A stretch of 64,000 nucleotides of DNA from Candidatus Latescibacterota bacterium (lineage in GTDB: Bacteria; Latescibacterota; UBA2968; GCA-2709665), in the NCBI GenBank assembly GCA_963667175.2, contig CAXXXF010000013.1:64001-128000 (forward strand), given 5' to 3'. Of the stretch, positions 9,608-24,725 are shown piece by piece. Made by a program: the position numbers and the translations under genes. Numbering within the stretch: the stretch's first letter is position 1; each line of letters starts with the position of its first letter. The notes below the pieces were generated by a model that did not search any database, was not told the DNA's origin, and saw only the letters and a program-made list of their open reading frames with translations.

Positions 9608-9880
9608 GGCCACAAAAAGCACAAAAGACACAAAAGGTATCGGTGCGAAACAGCGTGTGTCGTAACGCCGTGACCCTGCAGATATTTGCTTGTCTTTCGG
9701 CGGTACGCCCTGTAATAGGATGGTTGTTTTTGTGCCTCTTGTGGCAAGTTGCCTTCAATCGAAAATTCCAGCAAGCCGACACTGAGGAGAAAACTCCCGA
9801 AACGGAGCGTAATGGTCGTCCAAAAGGATGTTTTTTCCGTTCACGTCCGGTGACCTGATGTATCCTGGAAATCCGATGTC
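9608..9880. repeat. Diverged dispersed non-coding repeat, copy 1 (copy 2 at about 24726-24975)
   Basis: Shared colinear blocks GGCCACAAAA.GCACAAA, GCGAAAC.GCG.GTGTCGTAACGCCG.GA.CCTGCAG and GGTCGTCCAA..GGA.GTTTT.TCCGTTCACG. Internal inverted arm TTTTGTGCCTCTTGTGGC. Confidence 0.6.
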
Positions 9881-9893
9881 ACATCGCCTTTAT

Positions 9894-10262
9894 TCACTTG
9901 CCTATATTCGATTTAACGTCACCGAATAATGACGAATCGAGGTTAGATCGGAGGGCTTCAAGGTCCCGGTCCCGCAATTCGGATTTTGCGATAAAGGAGA
10001 CAACCGGAAACGCATCCGTGCCCGCCTTCGCCACCCTGCGACGCAGGTCGCGTCTCAGGCCTGAAGTACGCCGAGCACCGAGGCGGTCCTTGTTGAAGAC
10101 AGCTTTTATCACAAGGATCTCGTCCCCATATTCATCGAAATCCGGCCTTACCGCAACCAATTCAAACACGTCACCGCATCGTTCTCTTAAAGTCGTTTCG
10201 ACAACATCCTTAACTCTTGACAGGTTTTGTACCGTCATCGTCGCCCCCTTTTGTTTATCCAA
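9894..10262 (-). CDS. Hypothetical protein (possible degenerate nucleotidyltransferase-like fold)
   Basis: Natural-looking 122-aa ORF (DFDEYGDEILVIKAVF, FPVVSFI). No motif identified with confidence. Confidence 0.5.
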   Translation of the reverse strand: MDKQKGATMTVQNLSRVKDVVETTLRERCGDVFELVAVRPDFDEYGDEILVIKAVFNKDRLGARRTSGLRRDLRRRVAKAGTDAFPVVSFIAKSELRDRDLEALRSNLDSSLFGDVKSNIGK

Positions 10263-10632
10263 AACGGGCAGTTACGAACAGAAACCTTCCCGTCTACTGC
10301 GTCCAACTTCCGGCCGAAAATCAGCGTTGCACGGGAAATCAAGCCGACGTGTCCGATAGAACAGCGCCTTGCATGTAGATAAATTGCATCTCGAGGCACA
10401 CTGAATCAAGGACATACTGAAGACGACTTGGGGGCGGGGCGGCGCCGGTCACCTCCGGCATCGTCATGGCTCGTTCAAGTTCAACTTAAGTTAAACATAG
10501 AGCATCCCGAACATGCACTAAACGTCGGCATCAAGCATTACGGCTTTCCACCGCTCTCCACGACGCTACGATTCTGAACGGCGTCCTCAAGTTCAGCGGC
10601 GGAGTTACTGTCCACAGGCTCGTCGCGAAGGG

Positions 10633-10749
10633 CTACCGGATGTAGGCTTGCGCTTCCTCAAACGTCATGCCGCTGATCTGTTCGCTAAGTCTGTCCCGGA
10701 TCAAACGCATCATCCAGACGGCATCGAACGGCTTGTTACTCGTCGTCAT
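10633..10749 (-). CDS. Very small hypothetical protein or remnant (38 aa)
   Basis: Hand translation MTTSNKPFDAVWMMRLIRDRLSEQISGMTFEEAQAYIR*. It resembles small antitoxin-like hypotheticals and is below the ORF-track cutoff. Confidence 0.35.
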   Translation of the reverse strand: MTTSNKPFDAVWMMRLIRDRLSEQISGMTFEEAQAYIR

Positions 10750-10863
10750 AGCCTATTGCGTTGTTTGGTGTTCTGCCTTCCACGATAGCGAAGAGTCCAC
10801 AGCCGATGCCAGATGAATCGGTGTAGATGTCTTTGCTTCATTTGTAAAGACCAAATGTCAATT

Positions 10864-17501
<6,638 letters not shown>

Positions 17502-17600
17502 TCGTTCCTCCTTTTTCTTCAGGTGTCCACGTCAGCATCAGTATTCTTTACGGGCTGATACGCTATTGGATTTGCAGGGATTATGTAAGTAGATATGGGC

Positions 17601-17792
17601 TTACCTGCGAAGCTTGAAATTCTTACTTTGCGGGGGTTCGTTGTCGATCTCAATGCCTTGGTCTCTCAATCGGTCAATGCCGCCGCGTACCTGTTTGCAG
17701 TCTAAGTTCACGGCTGTCGCCATTTCCAGCACGGAAGCGCCGTTTTTCCGGCGCTTCAGATATTCGTACACGCGAGATTGAATAGACTCCAT
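17601..17792 (-). CDS. 63-aa winged-HTH-like protein, directly upstream of cas operon 2
   Basis: GGGAG RBS. VYEYLK...ASVLEMATAVNLDCKQVRGGIDRLRDQGIEI fits a wHTH pattern. Confidence 0.65.
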   Translation of the reverse strand: MESIQSRVYEYLKRRKNGASVLEMATAVNLDCKQVRGGIDRLRDQGIEIDNEPPQSKNFKLRR

Positions 17793-17845
17793 GATGTTCT
17801 CCCTTCAAAATCGCCAACGTCCATTACGCGCGTCGTCTTTTTTTG

Positions 17846-17874
17846 TTGCTTTCGCATCAGAAGTTGTATATCTT
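17846..17874 (+). promoter_or_regulatory. Putative sigma70 promoter for the CRISPR-like RNA
   Basis: TTGCTT-N17-TATCTT pointing at the mini-array. Confidence 0.4.
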
Positions 17875-17885
17875 ACGAGAGGATT

Positions 17886-17908
17886 TATAAAACGAAACTT
17901 TCTATGAA
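17886..17908 (-). promoter_or_regulatory. Self-target (PAM TTC plus protospacer) of the mini-array spacer, at the predicted transcription start
   Basis: Minus strand reads TTC-ATAGAAAGTTTCGTTTTATA; the spacer is ATAGAGAGTTTTGTTTTTTA. 17/20 identical, with mismatches at positions 6, 12 and 18. Confidence 0.75.
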
Positions 17909-17912
17909 ATAG

Positions 17913-17941
17913 AATATAACAACCCCTGAAGTCATTGTCAA
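17913..17941 (-). promoter_or_regulatory. Near-consensus sigma70 promoter upstream of the wHTH gene and cas operon 2
   Basis: Minus strand TTGACA-N17-TATATT with an extended -10 TGn. Confidence 0.75.
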
Positions 17942-17957
17942 GTGTTTTCTCTCTTTA

Positions 17958-18041
17958 GGCCTCATTGAAGGATAGAGAGTTTTGTTTTTTAGCATTTTGT
18001 ATGTGTCACTTCCGGGCCGCAAGGCCCGGCCTCATTGCAGT
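17958..18041 (+). CRISPR. Single-spacer mini-array / CRISPR-like RNA (partial repeat, spacer, degenerate full repeat)
   Basis: GGCCTCATTGAAGG (17958-17971), a spacer of about 33 nt (17972-18004), then GTCACTTCCGGGCCGCAAGGCCCGGCCTCATTGCAGT with a 7-bp stem CCGGGCC/GGCCCGG. The 3' end GGCCTCATTG(A/C)AG is typical of I-G repeats. Confidence 0.8.
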
Positions 18042-18093
18042 AGTTGGCAGCAACAGGCGATGGCCCTTCGTCCAGAGAGCAACTGCTATCGGG

Positions 18094-18321
18094 CTATCTT
18101 CTTCGTTCTTTCTTTTCTGTACCAACTCGATTTCGCATGGCGTCAAATTCGGTGGAGCGGGTGAGTCGTTCCCGAATCCAGGCCTCGTCTACCGGCTCGC
18201 CCTCCATCGCCATCGAGTTCGCCACGTGACGGGGAATCGCCTTCAGATGCCGACACCGGCGCTCCTCCGCCGGGAGGTTGCGCCATTGTTCGATGGCCTC
18301 CCTCCAATGCATGTCGGGCAT
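18094..18321 (-). CDS. Small protein with a VbhA-like Fic-inhibitory motif
   Basis: AGGAGG precedes the ATG at 18321. HVANSMAMEGEPVD fits (S/T)xxxE(G/N). Confidence 0.5.
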   Translation of the reverse strand: MPDMHWREAIEQWRNLPAEERRCRHLKAIPRHVANSMAMEGEPVDEAWIRERLTRSTEFDAMRNRVGTEKKERRR

Positions 18322-18397
18322 CGACGTCCTCCTGTTCATGTCTAAACGTCGATAATATCCGCGTAACATTCGCAATAGATTCGGGTCTATTTTCAGC

Positions 18398-18640
18398 CTA
18401 TCCACTGGTTTCATCCTGATCACCAACCGCTCTCTTCCTCGCAGAGACTTCGCGCAAGACCTGGGCCATCTCCTTCTTGCTCCTCCGCAGCAGGTCGATC
18501 TCGCACGGCGTCAGATTCCTGTGAGAGGGCGAGACGCCCACTATCTGATTGAGTTTGGCCGCCGAAGGGGTGGTTCGAGCAGGCTTGTTCCGGCTCCTTG
18601 AACGCTGCTCCGCGTCGTTGTCTTTGGCCATTTTCTTCAT
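18398..18640 (-). CDS. Family A small protein, free-standing copy 1
   Basis: RTTPSAAKLNQIVGVSPSHRNLTPCEIDLLRRSKKE; paralogous to 19069-19377, 20723-21004 and 3930-4148. Confidence 0.65.
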   Translation of the reverse strand: MKKMAKDNDAEQRSRSRNKPARTTPSAAKLNQIVGVSPSHRNLTPCEIDLLRRSKKEMAQVLREVSARKRAVGDQDETSG

Positions 18641-18874
18641 TTTTCTCAGACGCGGAAACGACCGGCGCCCGTGCGGGGATTAGCCTTAATTCCTCAAAAA
18701 TAGGCAATCGAAAACGCGGTCAAACGCTGAAGAAATGGGGCATTTCGTTAGTTCAAATGCGGTTCTTCTCCGATCACCGCCGATGACCTAAAGAATCGTC
18801 TACTCGCGACCTCAATTTGCCTTTGATCTTCTGGGCAAATCCGATTTTAGGCCGCTAAAAATGCAGAATCAAGG

Positions 18875-19072
18875 TTAGAGTTTGAATAGAATCAGCGTGC
18901 CAAGCGTGATAAACATGGTAAACTGAATGCCGATCATCCAGCGGAAACCCTGATCGACGCGAATTTCGAGGGCAGCGATGCGCTGGCTAAGCTGCTCAAC
19001 GGTACCCTCCAGGCGCGCAAGGCGTGCCTCGAAATCGGCGCTGGCGGGTGCTTCGGGCGTTGCGGTGTTCAT
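18875..19072 (-). CDS. Family B small coiled-coil protein with C-terminal transmembrane helix, copy 1
   Basis: FEARLARLEGTVEQL followed by hydrophobic WMIGIQFTMFITLGTLILFKL; close paralogue of 21028-21213. Confidence 0.7.
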   Translation of the reverse strand: MNTATPEAPASADFEARLARLEGTVEQLSQRIAALEIRVDQGFRWMIGIQFTMFITLGTLILFKL

Positions 19073-19377
19073 GATGGTTTCCCTTCTTTGTGTGTTGGTT
19101 GCGACCCCTGGCCGGATTCTTTGCGCTGTTCGTCTGCTTCCATCGTTGCCTGCGTTTCATCCTGATCTCGAGCCGCTTTCTTCCTCGCAGAGACTTCGCG
19201 CAAGACCTGGGCCATCTCCTTCTTGCTTTTCCGCAGCAGGTCGATCTCGTACGGTGTCAGATTCCGGGGCGCGGACGAGACGCCTACTATCTGATTGAGC
19301 TTGGCGGCTGACGGGGTGGTTCGAGCAGGCCTGTCCCCACGCTCTGAGGGCTGCTGCACTTCGTTGTGCTCAGCCAT
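19069..19377 (-). CDS. Family A small protein, free-standing copy 2
   Basis: RTTPSAAKLNQIVGVSSAPRNLTPYEIDLLRKSKKE; its stop overlaps the start of family B (ATGA). Confidence 0.65.
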   Translation of the reverse strand: MAEHNEVQQPSERGDRPARTTPSAAKLNQIVGVSSAPRNLTPYEIDLLRKSKKEMAQVLREVSARKKAARDQDETQATMEADEQRKESGQGSQPTHKEGKPS

Positions 19378-19713
19378 TTTCTTTGTCCTTCACGGGCAAC
19401 GTGCTCACGGCAGGCAACCCCCCACCGCATCAGCCGTCGCCTGACGGCTCGGCTTCTGCCTGCCTGCCGTTCCAACGGGACAGGCAGGCGACTCCCCCTC
19501 AAGAGGGGAGTGATGGCGAGGTCAAACGGGCTTAGACGTTTACTTCCATCCGTTGGGTTCGGGCTGAGCAAAGCAAAGCCGCGTTGGAGATTTACCGATG
19601 GCCGGGGCCATATTACGATGAGACCGATTCGAACGGCCTATTTTCGATCGGCGGACTGCCGAGAGGGGCGACGTCCTCTCACCCAAATGGCAGTCTATTC
19701 CCATCAGGCGACG

Positions 19714-19935
19714 TCAAAGACCTGCAATGGGTATGGACGTTGTTGCTTCAGCCTCTCCGTGGACCATCAGTCGCACCTTCTCGGTCGTCTCGCGACGAAA
19801 CGCCTGTTCGCCGCATCGGACGCATACCACAGCCGGAATGCTCCCGACCAGGGCATAACGCCCATCAACGCGAAACACCTCGTCGACCAACTCCTCACGG
19901 CTTTCCTGGGAATGGCAGACCGGGCAAGTAAACAT
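19714..19935 (-). CDS. YgiT-type zinc finger protein (MqsA-like N-domain)
   Basis: GGAGGT RBS; MFTCPVCH...IPAVVCVRCGE. Confidence 0.75.
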   Translation of the reverse strand: MFTCPVCHSQESREELVDEVFRVDGRYALVGSIPAVVCVRCGEQAFRRETTEKVRLMVHGEAEATTSIPIAGL

Positions 19936-20029
19936 GCTCACCTCCTTACTGGAGTATTCGATCCATACATAGTGGCGACCCTCCAGATCGGCAACCTCAA
20001 GAGGCACGTTCACGAAATCACTCCAGGAA

Positions 20030-20374
20030 TCAGACAGAACGAGCAATACGTTCGATCGCTCTGGCCAACTCAGGGAGGTCGCGTTCGACGACGCTCCAAA
20101 CCGCATCAAGATCAACCTGTAAATAACCATGCACAAGCACGTTGCGAAACCCTGCAATGGCACGCCAGGGAACGTCTCTCTCGGTCTCTTTTACTGCGTC
20201 GCTCAGGCGCTGCGTTGACTCCGAGAGCGTCTGCAGATTTCGCACGACGGCATCCTGCACCATGCGTGAACCGTAGAACGAAGCTCGCCTGCTGCCGGTG
20301 TATTCCCGAATGCGTTCAATGCACTCGCGTATGTGTTCCAGCAATACTCTATCCGACTGCGCATCGGGTTTCAT
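20030..20374 (-). CDS. HEPN (DUF86) RNase toxin of an MNT-HEPN TA pair
   Basis: QDAVVRNL, WRAIAGFRNVLVHGY (RxxxxH) and VW.VVE.DLP.L. Confidence 0.88.
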   Translation of the reverse strand: MKPDAQSDRVLLEHIRECIERIREYTGSRRASFYGSRMVQDAVVRNLQTLSESTQRLSDAVKETERDVPWRAIAGFRNVLVHGYLQVDLDAVWSVVERDLPELARAIERIARSV

Positions 20375-20655
20375 AACGGCTGCGCCTCGTTCAGAACGCG
20401 CTCGCGGAGGGCCGGATGAAGACTCTTTTCAGTGACGACTTCTACGCGGCGTTGCAGAAGGTCCCGCACGTCCATCAACAGCGCGCCGAGCGCGAGGCCC
20501 GTTCTATCGGGCGGGAGCGACACCAGCAGATCGACGTCACCGGAATCATCGGCATCGCCCCTCGCCATAGACCCGAACACACGTACGTCGGTAATACCGT
20601 GCCGTTCAGCAAGGGCGAGAATCCCGGCGCGGTGTTGTTCGATGATTGAGTGCAT
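20371..20655 (-). CDS. Minimal nucleotidyltransferase (MNT) antitoxin
   Basis: VFGSMARGDADDSGDVDLLV. Likely start is MHSIIEQH, and the gene overlaps the HEPN start. Confidence 0.88.
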   Translation of the reverse strand: MHSIIEQHRAGILALAERHGITDVRVFGSMARGDADDSGDVDLLVSLPPDRTGLALGALLMDVRDLLQRRVEVVTEKSLHPALRERVLNEAQPL

Positions 20656-20722
20656 AACTACCGTATCCCTACTCGCCGTCCTTCCGGCGCTTGATGAGCA
20701 GTGTACGCTGATGGTCCGAACC

Positions 20723-21004
20723 TTAGCGGGAATCCTCGCGCTGTTCGTCTGCTTCCATCGTTGCTCGCGTTTCATCCTGATCTCGAGCCGCCTCTTTTTC
20801 CTTCGCCAGGACTTCGCTCACGATCTCCGCAGTTTCCTTCGCGGCCTTCCGAAGCAGCTCGATCTCGTACGGCGTCAGATTCCGGCAGGCGGGCGAGTCG
20901 CCCAATATCTGTTTGAGCTTGGCCGCCGATGGGGTGGTTCGAGCAGGCCTGTCCCCACGCTCTGAACGCTGCTCCGCGTCGTTGCCCTTAGCCATTTTCT
21001 TCAT
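20723..21004 (-). CDS. Family A small protein, free-standing copy 3
   Basis: RTTPSAAKLKQILGDSPACRNLTPYEIELLRKAAKE. Confidence 0.65.
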   Translation of the reverse strand: MKKMAKGNDAEQRSERGDRPARTTPSAAKLKQILGDSPACRNLTPYEIELLRKAAKETAEIVSEVLAKEKEAARDQDETRATMEADEQREDSR

Positions 21005-21027
21005 CTTTCATGGGCGCCGTGCGAGGG

Positions 21028-21213
21028 TTAGAGTTTGAAGAGAATGAGCGTGCCAAGCGTGATGAAGCTGGTAAAGTGGAGGCCGATAAGCCAGCGTTGC
21101 CCGCGCTCCAGGTTGGCAAGGCGCTGGTTCATCTGCTCTACCGTGCCCTCGAGGCGTGCAAGGCGTGCCTCGAAGTCGGCGCTGGCGGGTGCTTCGGGCG
21201 TCGCGGTGTTCAT
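21028..21213 (-). CDS. Family B small coiled-coil/TM protein, copy 2
   Basis: First 27 aa identical to 18875-19072; hydrophobic C-terminus. Confidence 0.7.
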   Translation of the reverse strand: MNTATPEAPASADFEARLARLEGTVEQMNQRLANLERGQRWLIGLHFTSFITLGTLILFKL

Positions 21214-21226
21214 GGTGATTCCCCCT

Positions 21227-22247
21227 CTATGTGTGATGTTCGCGATCCTTAGCGGGAACCTTCGCGCTGTTCGCCATCTGCCGAGACGCGTCTTTCACCA
21301 TGTAGCGCAGCAGGCTCCGATTCAGGCTCTGCCGCACTTCCCGGTTGGGATAGCCCAGACGGTAGTGAGGTTCGCCGCCGAGATCTTCCTCGTCTGTTAT
21401 TGTGAGATACCCGGCCTGAAACAAAAGCGCCTCGGTGGCCACGTCGTCCACGTCAAACGTCGACAGCAGATCGCTGCTGCCCAGCATTTCGTCCGGAGCC
21501 AGAGAACTCACCTGGCGCTTGAACAGCGCTTCGACCAGAAACGTCGGCGTGCCTGTCTCAAACCAATAGGCGGCGAACTCACGGTTGCGAAACAGCAGCA
21601 GTATATCGAAGGGGTTATATACCCTGGTATCGCCCCGCCAACTGTAGCCGTTGTACCAGTAGCGGATCTCCTCCCGGTTGAGGCCGGACAACTCCGGCGC
21701 GAACACGGTGTCGATATCCTCGTCGGTGTACCCGCAGATGGACGAATGGCGCGCGTCCAGGGTGATGTCGACCAGATTGTTGAGGCCGAAGAACAGGCTG
21801 ACTCTGGAGAACTTGCTTACCCCGGTAATAAAGCTGAAGCGGATGTCGGTGTCGCTGTCCTTGACGACTGCATAGAGGCCCCGCAGATAGTTGTGGTTGG
21901 CGCGGGCGACGTCCGGCGTCTCCAGGGCGTCCAGGATCGGCTTGTCATACTCGTCGATCAGCACTGCGACGGGCCGACCGGTCTTGCCGTGCAGCACTTC
22001 CAGGAGACGCCGTAACCGTTCGGGACCGGTGACGTACTCCGAGGATACGTTCGCCTTTCGTTCCACGGCGTCCAATTGGGCCATCAGGTTCGTATGCAAG
22101 TGGCCCGGCTCCTTGAAGTGCCCGCTCCCGAAGCTCAGACGCAGGACGGGACAACGTATGGACCAGTTCCAGTAACCGTGGATGTCCAGCCCCTGAAACA
22201 GAGATTCGTTGCCCTCGAACATTTCCTTGAGCGTGTCGAGAAACAGG
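21227..22247 (-). pseudogene. AAA-ATPase/PD-(D/E)XK paralogue truncated at both ends
   Basis: Homology starts at LFLDTLKEMFEG (Walker A missing) and stops at RQMANSA, so the nuclease domain is absent. Confidence 0.8.
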
Positions 22248-22325
22248 TTTCACGCTTTTGTTGTCTCCTTGAGGGTCTGATCCCGTGTCGGCGTCCGTAG
22301 CCCGGCGCGGGTCAAGGTGCAAAAG

Positions 22326-23618
22326 TCACGGCTTCTTGAAGATCCAGACCTTCTCCCGGTCCGTAACCAGAAACTCGTCGCGCCCGTCCCCGTCCAGGTC
22401 TCCGATCGCCGCGGTGTGGCTCGTGCCGAAATATCGGCCGCCGCCGGGATAGTTTTCGAGGCCGAACTTCCGAAACCGGTCGTGGAAGTTCCCCCGCGCC
22501 TTCAGCCGCGCCAGTTCCCGGCCCGTGGGATCCACCCATAAGACGCGGTGGTCGGCTTCGGGCTCGGTCGGCCATTCGAGACGCATCAGGCTGTCCTCGC
22601 CCACGTCGGTAGACCAGCCGATGACCGAGTAATAGCCCATCGTCCGATGCCTGGAAAGCTCGCGGCCCTGGGCATTGACGATCGCGGCCTCCCGCTCCTC
22701 CGCGCGTCCCAACGCCTTGTCCACAAAGGCCAGCTGAAGTCCGGGCTCGGCGTCGAAGAATCTTCCCGGCAGGATGTTCTGGCAGTGATTCATGGGAACG
22801 GTGAACCGCACGGTCCCGTCCGAATCGTGCACAACCGCGTCGTGCCCGTCGTGGGCCAGCGCAAACTCGAAGCGTCCGTCGCCGTCGATATCGGCAATAA
22901 CCGAATCGTCCAGGTGGTCGTTTTCTGACATCGGGGGATGCGACCAGAGCGGGCTGCCGTCGTGGTCGAACAGGCTGAAGCCGATCAGGAGTTCGTCCAG
23001 CCCGTCGCCATCCACGTCGGCAAAGTCGCCGCCGTGCCCGGCGCCGTCCACCTCCTTTTCCCAGACCACGTTGAAGTTATGGTCCAGCAGCAGGCTGGGA
23101 TTGCCGTACCCATGCGTGGCGGAAGACGTGACGCTCTTGGTAAAGACGTGAACCCTTCCGGAGTGATCGGTTCGAACCGCCCGCGAGTAATAGAACCCCG
23201 AATGGGGCAGTTCGTGCCGCCTGCACAACTCGCCGGTGGCGCCTTTGTACACCAGCAACTCGGCTTTGTAGATGATCATGATTTCGATCTGGCCGTCCCC
23301 GTCCAGGTCCACGACCTCGCAGAAATTGCTCCCGTTCCAGGAAAAGGGCCGTTCCAGCGCCCAGGGCGCCCCAATCTGCCAGAGAATCCGACCCTCGCCA
23401 TCCGTTAGCGTCAGGCAGAAGAGCTCCTGGTCTTCCACGCCCGTCTTGTACCCCTGAACGTCCTTGAACCGCGGATCGAACGCCTCGTTGGCGTGCGCGC
23501 CCGCGTTCTGCACGAACAGGACCTCGTTCTTCCCGTCTCCGTTGAAGTCACGGACCGTGAACGCCGGGCACCCCCAGGGGCGCACGTCCCAGACCGCGGC
23601 GGGATCGACGATTTTCAT
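22326..23618 (-). CDS. FG-GAP/VCBS-repeat beta-propeller protein
   Basis: Repeated D(F/L/V/I)(N/D)GDG..E motifs. Confidence 0.75.
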   Translation of the reverse strand: MKIVDPAAVWDVRPWGCPAFTVRDFNGDGKNEVLFVQNAGAHANEAFDPRFKDVQGYKTGVEDQELFCLTLTDGEGRILWQIGAPWALERPFSWNGSNFCEVVDLDGDGQIEIMIIYKAELLVYKGATGELCRRHELPHSGFYYSRAVRTDHSGRVHVFTKSVTSSATHGYGNPSLLLDHNFNVVWEKEVDGAGHGGDFADVDGDGLDELLIGFSLFDHDGSPLWSHPPMSENDHLDDSVIADIDGDGRFEFALAHDGHDAVVHDSDGTVRFTVPMNHCQNILPGRFFDAEPGLQLAFVDKALGRAEEREAAIVNAQGRELSRHRTMGYYSVIGWSTDVGEDSLMRLEWPTEPEADHRVLWVDPTGRELARLKARGNFHDRFRKFGLENYPGGGRYFGTSHTAAIGDLDGDGRDEFLVTDREKVWIFKKP

Positions 23619-23630
23619 GTGGCGTTCTCC

Positions 23631-24680
23631 TCAGGACAGTGGAAAGTCGACCCGCGCGTTGCCCGCGTGGTGCGACTTAAGGATGCCCAGGATGACCTCC
23701 AGCGACTTTCGCGCCTCCCGCGCGGGCGACACCGGGTCTCCGCCGTGTTCCAGCAGATGCACCAGCTCCGCCACCAGGGCGCCCTTGGAATGCAGCATGT
23801 AGTGCTCCGGGACGATCTCCGAGGTCTCGAACGAAGCGCCGCGGATCAGCCTGGCCGTCTTATCGGTCGCTTCCACCCGCCCGTCCTCGCACGTCAGAAC
23901 GAACCGCCACCCGGGAAAAGCCGTCTTGAACGAGTTGAAAAAAGCCCTGACGCCGTTCCCGAACCGGATATAGGCCGAGGCATACGGATCGCTCGCGGCA
24001 TCCTTTCCTCCGCCTCCCCGATACTCGGTGAAATGTTCGAACCCGTCCTCCAGGTCCGCCACCAGCCACAGGGGGTCTCCGTCTGCAAAAAAACAGACCG
24101 TATCCAGGGCGTGGGTCCCGTTGCGAAACAACATCGAACGCAGGCCGAACATCTCGCACCCGACGGTGCGCAGAGGGCCGATCTCGCCGCTTCGCACGAT
24201 CTCGCGGGCCTTGAGGTAATGCGGGTACCACCGCCGGGAATGATCCACCGAGAGAACGGTCCCGTTCGCTTCGGCTGCGGCGATCATCCTGTCGGCGTCC
24301 TCGAGCGTTGTCGCAAGCGGTTTTTCGCAGAGAATCGCGGCGGTACCGCGCTCGGCCGCGTCCACCACGATATCCGCGTGGAAGTGGTCGGACGTCGCGA
24401 CGCTCACCAGATCGGGGTTTTCCGCCTCGAACATCTCCCGATAATCCACGTAGTAACGCATTTCCGGCCACACGTCATTCCAGTTCTCCCGGAAACTTTC
24501 CAGCGCCTCCTCACGCAGGTCGCACACAGCGGTCAGCCGGGTCTGAGGACATCGGTAATAGGCCGAGGCATGCGACATCGGCATCGCGCCATAGACAGGC
24601 AGGCCCTCGGGTTCGGCCGGACGTCCGGCCCCGATTCCCGTCAGGCCCACGATCCCCGCGCGGTATTCGCGTTCGGACAT
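23631..24680 (-). CDS. Gfo/Idh/MocA family oxidoreductase
   Basis: GIVGLTGIG, CEKPLA and GTHALD. Confidence 0.88.
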   Translation of the reverse strand: MSEREYRAGIVGLTGIGAGRPAEPEGLPVYGAMPMSHASAYYRCPQTRLTAVCDLREEALESFRENWNDVWPEMRYYVDYREMFEAENPDLVSVATSDHFHADIVVDAAERGTAAILCEKPLATTLEDADRMIAAAEANGTVLSVDHSRRWYPHYLKAREIVRSGEIGPLRTVGCEMFGLRSMLFRNGTHALDTVCFFADGDPLWLVADLEDGFEHFTEYRGGGGKDAASDPYASAYIRFGNGVRAFFNSFKTAFPGWRFVLTCEDGRVEATDKTARLIRGASFETSEIVPEHYMLHSKGALVAELVHLLEHGGDPVSPAREARKSLEVILGILKSHHAGNARVDFPLS

Positions 24681-24725
24681 GGATCACCCCCGTATGTCAA
24701 TTCACCTCAAGTCGAAAAATGCATC

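Noticed and set aside
9534-10863. Expected CRISPR array between the two cas modules
   Set aside because: No regularly spaced repeats or I-G-like ATTGAAG repeat ends found by eye.
18420-18707. 95-aa ORF resembling the PRTase C-terminus
   Set aside because: The similarity follows from DNA homology with family A in the other frame. It lacks the PRPP motif, and the same frame has a stop in the 19069 copy.
19584-19931. Plus-strand ORF with DETDSNGLFSIGGLP
   Set aside because: At most a short fragment, and it overlaps the better-supported YgiT gene on the opposite strand.
18398-21290. Integron cassette array or DGR explanation for the repeated small genes
   Set aside because: No integrase or reverse transcriptase, no recognisable attC sites, and differences between copies are not adenine-specific.
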